Source: a virus | Lineage: Duplodnaviria > Heunggongvirae > Uroviricota > Caudoviricetes | Reading direction: 5' to 3' (one strand) | DNA length: 64,000 nucleotides | Virus record (IMG/VR): IMGVR_UViG_3300043411_002784 | In this document: positions 45,683-54,420 of the stretch, piece after piece | Numbering within the stretch: the first letter of the stretch is position 1 | Layout of the letters: every line of letters begins with the position of its first letter | The notes under the pieces: generated by a model | Told to the model about the DNA's origin: nothing | Seen by the model: only the letters and a program-made list of their open reading frames with translations | Database searches by the model: none | Program-made: the position numbers and the translations under genes

Positions 45683-46035
45683 TGGCTAAGAAAAACAAAG
45701 CCGCGCACCGGCGGCCCCCAGGGACTCCCGCAGACTGGGAGTACCCGGGGCCGCCGGTGGCGCAAGCCACGATTGACGTTCATGACGTCTCAGGCTGCAT
45801 GCTTAATCTGCACCAGGAGCTAGGCGCCGGCTCGATGCCGGACGGTCGCCAGGTTCGCGTGCTTCAGCACGTCAACGGGGCCTGTTTCTGGATGACCGTC
45901 GGCGACAAGTCGACGTACTTTATCTCGACACAAAAACTGTTTCAGGCTCTGATGGCGGCCGTCGAGCCGCTGGAGCTCGCCAAGAAGTCCCAATCCAAGG
46001 AGGGTGACGATGGGAATGGAGATGCTGCCGGGTAA
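45682..46035 (+). CDS. hypothetical protein
   Basis: 117-aa ORF, ATGA coupling. Confidence 0.4.
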   Translation: MAKKNKAAHRRPPGTPADWEYPGPPVAQATIDVHDVSGCMLNLHQELGAGSMPDGRQVRVLQHVNGACFWMTVGDKSTYFISTQKLFQALMAAVEPLELAKKSQSKEGDDGNGDAAG

Positions 46036-46555
46036 GGAAAGCACCTCGGCGATTCTGACTGAGATGCGCTATAGCCCGTCTCGCGACATCACGCATCTGC
46101 TGCCGGCGGTCGTCAAGGCCATAGGCGAGCGGATGGAGGACGGGGCGCTGAAGCCCATGGACGTCTGGCTCGACGGGCTGGGCGTGACGATGGACGACCG
46201 CGGCGAAGCGGTGCGGGCCTTCTTTGCGTTCATGATCGACGGCGTGCAAAGCCCGACCAAGACGATGACGCAGGCCCTGGACGACTCAGGCTGGTCAAAC
46301 GTAAGGTGGGAGCTCCAAGTCGCCGTCATGTACTACGTCGGGGCGATGATGACGGCTTCCTTCTATAAGGGCGCCAAAGAAATCAACGCGCCCGACCAGC
46401 CCCACGTGAAGTTCTTCGTGGCGGATATGGTCGAGGCGGGCAAGTCGTTCGAACGCTACACGTCGCGTCCGGCGTGGAAGCGTTGGCTGATTCGCAAGTC
46501 GAATATGCTCAAACGTCTGATCTATCGTTCCGAGGGCGTCTATCGCGAGTTCTGA
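46010..46555 (+). CDS. hypothetical protein
   Basis: AAGGAGG ribosome-binding site 7 nt upstream of the ATG. Confidence 0.45.
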   Translation: MGMEMLPGKESTSAILTEMRYSPSRDITHLLPAVVKAIGERMEDGALKPMDVWLDGLGVTMDDRGEAVRAFFAFMIDGVQSPTKTMTQALDDSGWSNVRWELQVAVMYYVGAMMTASFYKGAKEINAPDQPHVKFFVADMVEAGKSFERYTSRPAWKRWLIRKSNMLKRLIYRSEGVYREF

Positions 46556-47322
46556 TGATCACCCCCAAGTGGGAAACGCTGCTCAAATCCTGGTACGGCG
46601 TCAAACTGTCAGACGACTATCTGACGTTCGACCTGGAGACCACGGGCTTCCGTCGCACGACGGATCACGACAAAGGCCACGGCGCAGACCTGCCCGTCGA
46701 CTTCGGTTGGCGGCTGGTCCGCGACCGTCGGGTCGTTCATAAGGGCCACTACTATCTCGACTGGACTCGCTACCCCGAGTACGTCGAGCCCGAGTGGCTG
46801 GAAGAGGAACTGGCTCGCATCGGCCGTCACATGGCCAAGGCGAACAAGACGTGGATCTACTCGCCTGCGCTCCTGCAGGAGAAAGGCCGCGATCCTTTCT
46901 GGGTCCTCAACTTCGCCTACGACCTGTTCGAGGCGAATCGCGAAAGCGGCGCGGTCTTCGTGGGGCACAACGCCCTGGCGTTCGACGCGGGCCTGCTCAA
47001 CACGACGTTTACCGAATTCCTGGGGAAGTCTTGGGAATTCCGCGACGGCGAGCTGATCGATACGGGATCGTTGGAGAAGGTGCTGAGCTGCCTGGCGACG
47101 GGCGATCCGTACCAATACTTCACGCCGCGCGCCGACGAGCCCCTGGGCGCGTTCTTGCGTCGCGTCGCGGCGAGTCCGCGCGGCGGCATTCCCTGGAACA
47201 TCGAGCACTGCGTCGAGAAGTATCAGTACGTCAAGGAGCACGGACTCGATCCGCGAAAGCTCCACGGAGCGGACGCGGACAGTCACGTGTGTCATTTGCT
47301 GATCGAGGATAATCGTGAGTAA
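46555..47322 (+). CDS. DnaQ-like (DEDDh) 3'-5' exonuclease
   Basis: Exo I FDLETTG, Exo II VGHNALAFD, Exo III HGADADSH. Confidence 0.8.
   Translation: MITPKWETLLKSWYGVKLSDDYLTFDLETTGFRRTTDHDKGHGADLPVDFGWRLVRDRRVVHKGHYYLDWTRYPEYVEPEWLEEELARIGRHMAKANKTWIYSPALLQEKGRDPFWVLNFAYDLFEANRESGAVFVGHNALAFDAGLLNTTFTEFLGKSWEFRDGELIDTGSLEKVLSCLATGDPYQYFTPRADEPLGAFLRRVAASPRGGIPWNIEHCVEKYQYVKEHGLDPRKLHGADADSHVCHLLIEDNRE
47283..47318. repeat. degenerate or split copy of the TCACGTG...GATAAT element
   Basis: GTCACGTGTGTCA...GAGGATAATCGTGAG upstream of or overlapping the GTG start at 47315. Confidence 0.3.
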
Positions 47323-48091
47323 GAAGACTCCGAAGACGCTCCCCGCCGTCGGCCCGCCGAAGATCAGGCAGCCGCGCGTGCTGGCGATCGACCCCGGCAA
47401 TACGGAATCGGGCTGGGTGTACGCTTCGATCGGCAAGAACGCGTTGGGCGGCCTGGTCGTGCGCGAGGCGAACGGGGCCGAGGACAACTGGCAGCTGATG
47501 AAGCGGATGAAGGAGTTCGACCCGGCCGACACGCGGCTGGTGATCGAGACGCTCAAGCCGCGCGGCATGCCGACCGCCGCCGAGGAGATGGAGACGCTCT
47601 TCTGGATCGGCATGTTCGTGCGTCAGTGGATCGCCCTAGGCGGTCGCTGGACGTTCACGTTCCGCTCCGACGTCAAGCTGCACGTCTGCGACTCGGCTCA
47701 GGCCAAGGACGCCAACGTCGTCGCGGCGCTGAAGGACCGCTTTGGCGGCGAATCGGTCGCCGTGGGCGGCAAGAAGTGCGAACGCTGCCACGGCAAGAAG
47801 ACCTACGGCAAGACGCTGGTCGTCTGCAGCGGGTGCCGCGGCGAGAAGGTCGTGCCCGGCCAGAAGATGGGCACGACGAAGAAATGCCCAAGCTGCAGCG
47901 GCAAGGGCGAAAAGCAGGGTGCGGCGGCGACGTGCGACAAGTGTCGCGGCTCGGGGTGGAAGCATCCTCCCGGACCGTTGGCCAACGTCTCGACGCACGC
48001 CTGGCAGGCCCTGGGGTTGGCCGTCCTGTGGGCGGACAAGCCGATCGTACAGACGCGTATCGTGACGAAGATCAGGAACAACAAGAAGTGA
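47315..48091 (+). CDS. RuvC-like Holliday-junction resolvase fused to a DnaJ-type CxxCxGxG zinc finger
   Basis: VLAIDPGNTESGW (Asp), VIETLKP (Glu), HVCDSAQAKDANVVA (DAxDA); C-terminal four CxxC(x)GxG repeats. Confidence 0.6.
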   Translation: MSKKTPKTLPAVGPPKIRQPRVLAIDPGNTESGWVYASIGKNALGGLVVREANGAEDNWQLMKRMKEFDPADTRLVIETLKPRGMPTAAEEMETLFWIGMFVRQWIALGGRWTFTFRSDVKLHVCDSAQAKDANVVAALKDRFGGESVAVGGKKCERCHGKKTYGKTLVVCSGCRGEKVVPGQKMGTTKKCPSCSGKGEKQGAAATCDKCRGSGWKHPPGPLANVSTHAWQALGLAVLWADKPIVQTRIVTKIRNNKK

Positions 48092-48663
48092 CGACGACGC
48101 TGCGCGAGCAGTTTCCGCGCACCACGTGCGCGTGCCGACTCTGCCAAGCCCCTTGCCGCGTAATGCCGGGGGCGCTCGCCCCGGAGGATCTGCCGGCGAT
48201 CGCCGCGCACATGGGCACGACGCCCGACGATCCGCGGTTTCTGGAGGAATTCTTTCAAGCCTCGGAAGGGGCCCGCGTCGCCGTTCGCGACGCGTTTGAC
48301 AATCTGCAGGTGTTCAACGTTCCCTCGCTCGTGCCGCGGCTCACGCCGTCAGGCTGCGTCTTTCTGGACGCCGGCGGCGGCTGCTCGATCCATGCGGTTT
48401 CGCCCGCGGGCTGCGCCATTATGGACATGCACCAAGATCAGGCGGAGGGCCAGGCGCGATCCACGGCGCTGGTCGAGCGTCAGATCTTGTCGCACAAGCT
48501 GAACGACGACTATAGTCGTGCGATAAGTCATCTGGAGTCGGCGGGTCGCCAGGCTCTTCCGCTCGCCGAACGTCGGCGACGCTTTGTCATCGAAACTGCC
48601 CGCGTCGAGGAGGAGCTCAAGCGTGAGCAAGCAGAAGCTGTTTTGCCGAGTGGACCAGGGTGA
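48088..48663 (+). CDS. Cys-rich protein (UPF0153/YkgJ-like metal-binding?)
   Basis: CACRLCQAPC...GCVFLDAGGGCSIHAVSPAGC. Confidence 0.35.
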   Translation: MTTTLREQFPRTTCACRLCQAPCRVMPGALAPEDLPAIAAHMGTTPDDPRFLEEFFQASEGARVAVRDAFDNLQVFNVPSLVPRLTPSGCVFLDAGGGCSIHAVSPAGCAIMDMHQDQAEGQARSTALVERQILSHKLNDDYSRAISHLESAGRQALPLAERRRRFVIETARVEEELKREQAEAVLPSGPG

Positions 48664-49552
48664 CTGCCTGGCAGGGATGTCGACGCTGGAGGCTGGTTCG
48701 GTTGATCTCGTCGCCACCGATCCGCCGTACGACATTGGCTACGAGTACGACGAGTACGACGACGCCCCCAACGAAGACGCCTATCTGCGGTGGTGCGCTA
48801 ACTGGTTCGCGCAGGTTCATCGCGTGCTCAAGCCGGACGGCACGTTCTGGCTGATCATCGGCGACGAGCGCGTGGCTCAGCTGCGGATGATCGCGACGCA
48901 GCACCCGTTCTTGGCCGAGGAGTTCCGTACGCTCTTCCCCGCCTTCCATCTGCAAAGCTGGTGCGTGTGGTATTTCACGTTTGGCGTCGCGTGCACGAAC
49001 AAGTTCTCGCGTTCGCACACGCACATGCTGCAGTTCACCAAGCACAAGAAGAAATTCACCTTCAACAAGGACGAGCCGCTGGTCCGGGTTCCCTCGTCTC
49101 GCCAGCTGATCTATAACGACGCCCGAGCCAATCCGGCGGGCAAGTTGCCCGACAACACCTGGGTCCTCGCTCCGCTGGACCTGGCTAAGGCGTTTACGCC
49201 TACGGAAGACACCTGGCTGGAGAGCCGCGTCTGCGGCACGTTCAAGGAACGGCAGGAGCGGGGCACTTACCAGGAGAACAAGGCGATTCCCCAGATGCCG
49301 CTCAAAGTCATGGAGCGGATCATTCTGGCGTCGAGCAAGCCTGGCGACGTCGTGCTCGATCCGTTCTGCGGCACGGGGACGACGGGCGAAGCGGCGGTCA
49401 TGCACAGTCGCAGTTTTCTCGGCTACGAGCTCAGCAAAAATTATCACGGGATAACAAACGCCCGCCTTCAGAAAGCCATCAGGAGCAAGTCATGTCCGTC
49501 GACGGAGTCGCCGAAGAAACCCAAGTCAGCCCCGAGGAAGAAGGCCAGCTAG
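48623..49552 (+). CDS. DNA methyltransferase (N6-adenine/N4-cytosine, DPPY type)
   Basis: motif IV DPPY precedes motif I FCGTGTTG (beta-class order); GAGGAGG ribosome-binding site before GTG. Confidence 0.8.
   Translation: MSKQKLFCRVDQGDCLAGMSTLEAGSVDLVATDPPYDIGYEYDEYDDAPNEDAYLRWCANWFAQVHRVLKPDGTFWLIIGDERVAQLRMIATQHPFLAEEFRTLFPAFHLQSWCVWYFTFGVACTNKFSRSHTHMLQFTKHKKKFTFNKDEPLVRVPSSRQLIYNDARANPAGKLPDNTWVLAPLDLAKAFTPTEDTWLESRVCGTFKERQERGTYQENKAIPQMPLKVMERIILASSKPGDVVLDPFCGTGTTGEAAVMHSRSFLGYELSKNYHGITNARLQKAIRSKSCPSTESPKKPKSAPRKKAS
49439..49456. repeat. AATTATCACGGGATAAC element copy inside the 3' end of the methyltransferase gene
   Basis: 36 bp upstream of the ATG at 49492. Confidence 0.55.
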
Positions 49553-50508
49553 ACGGCTTGCCGCGCTGCGAGGAGGCCCCGAATCTCAACGGGGAGCTCG
49601 ACGACGCGGAGATCGCCGGACTGCAGGCCGCGGCGACCAAGCTGCTGCATCGTCGCAAGGAGCTTGGCGGGGCCATCATGACGATGGTCCAGGCGTTCCG
49701 CCTCCACAACACGGCTTCGCTGGCCATGATGCGGATCCTGGAGGAAGAGCGGGCCAACGAACGGCTTAGTCTCTTCTTCTCGGGAGCGGCCAGGAACGAG
49801 GCGAGAAAGCCCTTTAAGCGCGAAGAGCTGGCCGAGACTTTGGGGAAGAAGACCCTTCCCTGGTTGTTGGAAGAGATTGCGCATGAACAGCATCTCGACT
49901 CGCTCGATGAAACGAAAGAAAAGCGTCGCCAAGAGGAGGCGCGCCGCGAAGCCCCGGTTCGCTGGCCTTACGTCGATTTGCCGATAGAGGCGTTCCGACA
50001 GGGCGATCTGGCGGCGATGCCGCGCAATCGCACGCTCGCCGTCGTGGGTCCGCTCGACGAAGTGCGTCTCGCCATTCGCGCCTTGGCGCTCAACGCCATG
50101 GACGCCGTCCGGACGGTTTACTGTCACGAGCTGCTGGCCGGAGATCCCAGCGACGCGCGTGCGAACCTGGTCGTGATCGGCAAGAGTCAGTGGCTCAACG
50201 CGGGCGAGTCGGAGCGGCTGATGGCGACGGCCTTCCACGAGGCCTTCCACGCGTTGGGCGAACTTGATCTATTGCTGGTCGCCGACATGGACGACTTCAG
50301 CAGTTCGATGACTTCCCTGTCGTCGGCGGCCAAAGCGGCCAGCGGACATCGTCGTCTGAGGAAGTTCGCCGACCATCTGGGCTGCGCCCTGGTGATCGGC
50401 GTCCCGACGACGGAGGAAGCTCCCTACGACGTCAGTCAGTCGGGATGGTCGAATTTGACGACGTACGCGCACGTGCATCTTGTGGCGGGAGCTCACGTTA
50501 AATCGTGA
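49492..50508 (+). CDS. hypothetical protein
   Basis: 338-aa ORF with an AGGAG ribosome-binding site; overlaps the methyltransferase 3' end by 60 bp. Confidence 0.45.
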   Translation: MSVDGVAEETQVSPEEEGQLDGLPRCEEAPNLNGELDDAEIAGLQAAATKLLHRRKELGGAIMTMVQAFRLHNTASLAMMRILEEERANERLSLFFSGAARNEARKPFKREELAETLGKKTLPWLLEEIAHEQHLDSLDETKEKRRQEEARREAPVRWPYVDLPIEAFRQGDLAAMPRNRTLAVVGPLDEVRLAIRALALNAMDAVRTVYCHELLAGDPSDARANLVVIGKSQWLNAGESERLMATAFHEAFHALGELDLLLVADMDDFSSSMTSLSSAAKAASGHRRLRKFADHLGCALVIGVPTTEEAPYDVSQSGWSNLTTYAHVHLVAGAHVKS

Positions 50509-50509
50509 G

Positions 50510-50545
50510 CTTGACGCTGCCAGTCGCCCAGCCGTAACCTGCATG
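50510..50545 (+). promoter_or_regulatory. candidate sigma70-like promoter
   Basis: TTGACG, 17-bp spacer, GTAACCT upstream of the gene at 50593. Confidence 0.3.
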
Positions 50546-50592
50546 AGTACAGGACAGGTCGGTCGTTAGGGCTGCGGCAGGAGGCCGACGTC

Positions 50593-51381
50593 ATGTTCGG
50601 ATGGACTCTAGTGAGATCCGCGGATCTCCAAAATCAGCGAATCGCCCTTCAGGAAGCTCAAGCTATGGCCGAAGCAGCTCAATCCACCATTGACGAGCTC
50701 GCCCAGCTTGTGCCGCTGATGAAGGCGATGGTGGCGGAACAGAAGAAGACCAACGTTCGCTTGGCGGCCTTGACGGCCATCGAAGAGGAAAACGGTAATT
50801 TTCTGGCTACGCTCGGCGGTCGCGCCGTCGTCGGCAACCAACGGCTGAAAAACGTCGTCCGAGTATTGTCCCAAATTCGTTTGCAGGCTTTCCCGCCCGG
50901 GCCAATTCGGGTGGAAATCACAGGTGAAATAACAAGAGGTAACGGTATGGCAGACTTGACGACGTTCGACGTCGCATTGCCGGCATTGTCGGATCCGCAT
51001 GACGTGGTCAAGCGCCACGTCAAGGTTTCCGTCGACGGCACGCTGATTTCGGAGACGGTGGCGGCTCCTGGCGACGAGAAAGTGACCGGCCTGTCCGGTC
51101 CGCAGGGCTCGACCGCCGTGGTGACGCTGCAGGACGAAGACGACGGGGGCAACCTCTCGGAAGTGACGACCGCCACGGCCGTGCTGACCGACGTGGTCGC
51201 TCCGGCCGCTCCCGGCGAGCTCGGCATCGCGATCACGGGCGAAATCCTCGACGGAGCCGATCCGGCCCCCGAGCCGGAGCCCGAGCCGACCCCGGAAGAG
51301 CCGGCGCCCGAGCCGACTCCCGAAGAGCCCGCTCCGGAGCCGGCCCCCGAGCCGACCCCGGAAGAGCCGCCGATCGGCTAG
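50593..51381 (+). CDS. hypothetical protein with a C-terminal PEPT/PEEPA tandem repeat (possible structural or fibre protein)
   Basis: 262-aa ORF ending in PEPEPEPTPEEPAPEPTPEEPAPEPAPEPTPEEPP. Confidence 0.5.
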   Translation: MFGWTLVRSADLQNQRIALQEAQAMAEAAQSTIDELAQLVPLMKAMVAEQKKTNVRLAALTAIEEENGNFLATLGGRAVVGNQRLKNVVRVLSQIRLQAFPPGPIRVEITGEITRGNGMADLTTFDVALPALSDPHDVVKRHVKVSVDGTLISETVAAPGDEKVTGLSGPQGSTAVVTLQDEDDGGNLSEVTTATAVLTDVVAPAAPGELGIAITGEILDGADPAPEPEPEPTPEEPAPEPTPEEPAPEPAPEPTPEEPPIG

Positions 51382-51414
51382 TCCGCTCGGTTCGCAACGC
51401 TGGTAAACTCGAAC

Positions 51415-51450
51415 GGGTCGTCGCAACGTGCGACGGCCCGTTTTTCTTTT
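51415..51450 (+). terminator. intrinsic terminator
   Basis: GGGTCGTCGCA-ACG-TGCGACGGCCC hairpin followed by GTTTTTCTTTT. Confidence 0.7.
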
Positions 51451-51473
51451 GACCTCCTTGGGAGTAACTCCGT

Positions 51474-52400
51474 ATGTCCGGTCGTCCGCAATTGATCCTG
51501 GTCGGCTACACCGCCGAAGCCATCGACAATCTGTCCGACTACATCAACGCCCCGCAGCCGCCCAGCAACTACGGCGAGGCGAAACAGGAAGAGTGGCGCA
51601 ACACCGTCGGTCGCACCAAGCTCGCCGAAGCGCAGGCGGAGTCGGCCTTCTGCAAGCTCACGGGTCGCGTGACGAGCATCTTCGCCGTCGACCCGTCCAA
51701 TCGCTTCACGTTCATCTCCGTCGCCTCGCACGAGCAGTCGCCGACCGTCCAGTTCCTGCAGTGGATCCAAAAGAACTACGGTCCGCTGAACTCGCTCTTC
51801 CCGGCCTCGCCGGAGGCGTCCTCTTTGGAGCGGCGCTATCCGGGCCTGTTGTTCTTCGGCTTCGACCCCAAGCAGTTCGTCCGCGTCGTGGGCGGCGAGG
51901 CGATTCGCGAGGGCGTCCCGATGCCGCTGGGCTTCTGGTACCAGAACGAAACGCTCTACGATCCCTACGACATGCTCGTCGAGAGCAACCGTCGCAACCT
52001 GTTCGACCTCTACGGGCTGCTGCGTCTGCTCAACGTGAAGCTGCCGCGTCCCGACTGGGAGCCGCACCAGGACGCCGTCAACGACGTGCAGATCGCCGCC
52101 GAGCTGCTGTTCCGCTATCAGCTCTACCCGCCGCTCACCCTGAGCGTCGAAGACCAGCAGCGCGAGTTGCTGATGACCTTGCTCCGGGAAGCGTCCGGGA
52201 CGCCCGCTCCGGTCGCCGAGGCCGACGAGGAGGGGACGGCTGCTCTTGACCCTTCCGGCGAGATCGAGCAAAACCAGACGGAAGACGCGGGTGAGGGAGA
52301 ATCCGCTGAAGGCGTTGACGGGACGGAGCCTGCGCCTGCGGCACCGACGTCGCCGACGCCGCGACGGCCCTCGCCCCGTAAAGCGAGCAAGTCGCAGTAA
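51474..52400 (+). CDS. hypothetical protein
   Basis: 308-aa ORF, acidic C-terminal region. Confidence 0.45.
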   Translation: MSGRPQLILVGYTAEAIDNLSDYINAPQPPSNYGEAKQEEWRNTVGRTKLAEAQAESAFCKLTGRVTSIFAVDPSNRFTFISVASHEQSPTVQFLQWIQKNYGPLNSLFPASPEASSLERRYPGLLFFGFDPKQFVRVVGGEAIREGVPMPLGFWYQNETLYDPYDMLVESNRRNLFDLYGLLRLLNVKLPRPDWEPHQDAVNDVQIAAELLFRYQLYPPLTLSVEDQQRELLMTLLREASGTPAPVAEADEEGTAALDPSGEIEQNQTEDAGEGESAEGVDGTEPAPAAPTSPTPRRPSPRKASKSQ

Positions 52401-52423
52401 AACGAGTGGAGTAGGGGCCCGTC

Positions 52424-53221
52424 ATGACAGGACGTCGTGACGGGTCCAATTTTATGACTGATCCAACGCAACCGCGTCCCTGGCAAGCCGGCGTCGTCGC
52501 CGGGCGGCATCGCTTCTCGAAGGAGAAAGTGCAGGCCGCCGAACAGAGGCTCTCGGCGGCGACCGATCTGTCCGACTTCGCGAAGGAGCATCTGCTCTTC
52601 TCGCCTGCGTTGCTGTACTGCTGCATCGACCTGGCGGGACGCGATCCGCTGGCCGACTACGGCGACGAGCAGAACGTCAACGTGATGCCGATGCGGCTGA
52701 CGTTCGACCGGCCCCTGTTCGAGGGCCTCGAACGCTTCAACGAGTTTTGGAATCGCACGATCTACGCGCTGCCGACGACCGAGGGTCAGCGGCTGCTCCA
52801 GTGGCTCGGGACGCTGACGTTCGTCGACCGAGTCCGCCAGGAGGTTTCGCGACTCCGCTACAACGAACATCGCATCATCGATCCGCTGTGGGCCGGCAAG
52901 CGCGTGACGCTGCCGGGGCACGCCGAGTACCAGTGGGTCGTCGTCAACATGCTGTGCGTCGACTCCAATCGCGGCTGTCTCTATTTCGCCAATCGCGTCG
53001 AGCCCTGGAAGGCGGGGCCGTCGCTTAGCTACTCGCGGCCGTTTAAGGATACGATCCTGCTTGGCGAGAAGATCTTCCAGAACGATCCACGTCCGCTGCA
53101 GGCCGTCGAGGCCGCGCAGCACACCGAGGCGGGCTCCGTCGCCGAACGCGAGATCCAGGAGCGAGTCCGTCGTTACCGTCAAGGAGAAGACCCGTCGTGC
53201 CCGAAGCCAAACCCGAGTTAG
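52424..53221 (+). CDS. hypothetical protein
   Basis: 265-aa ORF. Confidence 0.45.
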   Translation: MTGRRDGSNFMTDPTQPRPWQAGVVAGRHRFSKEKVQAAEQRLSAATDLSDFAKEHLLFSPALLYCCIDLAGRDPLADYGDEQNVNVMPMRLTFDRPLFEGLERFNEFWNRTIYALPTTEGQRLLQWLGTLTFVDRVRQEVSRLRYNEHRIIDPLWAGKRVTLPGHAEYQWVVVNMLCVDSNRGCLYFANRVEPWKAGPSLSYSRPFKDTILLGEKIFQNDPRPLQAVEAAQHTEAGSVAEREIQERVRRYRQGEDPSCPKPNPS

Positions 53222-53541
53222 TTCCGATCACCGAGATCATCCTGCCGCTGCATGACACCGAAGCGATCGTCATGGCGTTCAATGCGGCGGGCGAAGAAAT
53301 GGAAATCCCCGCCCGCCTGGTGATCCAGCCGTTCTTCCCGCGTCCCGCCAGCAGCGGCATGGTCGCCTACCTGACCGCCCGCTCCGTGACGGCCGACGAC
53401 TTGGGAGCGAAGACCAGCATCCACACGCATCAACGCGCGACGCTGCGGCTGAGCGGGCAGACGGGTCGTTTGACGATCAACGATCGGACGCGCAGCATCA
53501 CGCCGTCGTTCATGAACCCGGAAGCCGATCCTGAAGAATAA
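53197..53541 (+). CDS. hypothetical protein
   Basis: 114-aa ORF, GTG start. Confidence 0.35.
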   Translation: MPEAKPELVPITEIILPLHDTEAIVMAFNAAGEEMEIPARLVIQPFFPRPASSGMVAYLTARSVTADDLGAKTSIHTHQRATLRLSGQTGRLTINDRTRSITPSFMNPEADPEE

Positions 53542-54092
53542 TGAGCCAACCACCCGATCGCGTTTGGGCCGCCTGGTCTTCGTTGCTGAGTTCCGCGGCG
53601 AGGGAAGGTCAGGCGAAGTTCACGCCAGCGCCGCTGCGGCCGTTGCCGCGCGCGATGTGGCACGTCGTCTCCTTCGGCGAGGTCAACGAGCCGATCGTCA
53701 CGCCGCTGGAGACGCAGGCCGAGCTGCTGGTGCATCTGGGCACGCTGGCGAAGGACATGCACGTGACGATTTTCTTCGGCGTGCAGGGCAGCCACGGACA
53801 GGCGGCCGATTCGCCTGACCGGCGTTATTTCTTTCCCCCGGACGGCGGCGAACCGTTGCCGCTCTATGATCCGTCCGCTCCCGTGGTGGAGCACGTCCAC
53901 GGCTACATGGGCGAGCCGCCCGCCGACCTCACGCCCGAGATGATCGCGGCGCTGGGCGACATGCGCGCGGCCGCCGGCAACGCCGCTCCCGTGATCTTCG
54001 GAACCGAGGGTCCGATCGCCGAAGATTCGCTAGAGGACTTCGACCCGGAAGTGGCGGCCGCCGACGACGACGGCGTCGGCAACGAATTCTAA
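53541..54092 (+). CDS. hypothetical protein
   Basis: 183-aa ORF, ATGA coupling. Confidence 0.45.
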   Translation: MSQPPDRVWAAWSSLLSSAAREGQAKFTPAPLRPLPRAMWHVVSFGEVNEPIVTPLETQAELLVHLGTLAKDMHVTIFFGVQGSHGQAADSPDRRYFFPPDGGEPLPLYDPSAPVVEHVHGYMGEPPADLTPEMIAALGDMRAAAGNAAPVIFGTEGPIAEDSLEDFDPEVAAADDDGVGNEF

Positions 54093-54133
54093 TCGCTAAA
54101 TCTAGCGACCATTCGTGGCATAAACAGATGACC

Positions 54134-54156
54134 GCCTCTTACCTTCTGTAAGAGGC
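54134..54156 (+). other. perfect 9-bp stem-loop GCCTCTTAC-CTTCT-GTAAGAGGC in the long leader, no U-tract
   Basis: seen in the 328-bp non-coding gap. Confidence 0.4.
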
Positions 54157-54232
54157 TGCGCGCGTAGTCGCGTATTCAACCGTCGCCAGTTCTCAAACGC
54201 GTTTTTTAGGAGCCCCTGACATGAAGAAGTAG

Positions 54233-54391
54233 ATGGCCCGAAAGTACATCGGACGCGAGCAGGTCAAGCGGACCAGTATCAAGGATATGGCTGCGGACCG
54301 CGTGCGCGTCCGCTTGCAACCCCCTTTGGGGAAACCTTACTGGACCGTGATGACCCGACGCGACTACGAGAATCGCTCTGTGTTTCGCTAG
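54233..54391 (+). CDS. possible 52-aa basic protein preceded by a 3-codon upstream ORF (ATG AAG AAG TAG, 54221-54232)
   Basis: TAGGAG ribosome-binding site 7 nt before the ATG at 54221; TAGATG coupling to the ATG at 54233; MARKYIGREQVKRTSIKD... Confidence 0.25.
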   Translation: MARKYIGREQVKRTSIKDMAADRVRVRLQPPLGKPYWTVMTRRDYENRSVFR

Positions 54392-54420
54392 TCATTCAAC
54401 CTTTAGGCAAAGGTGTCATC

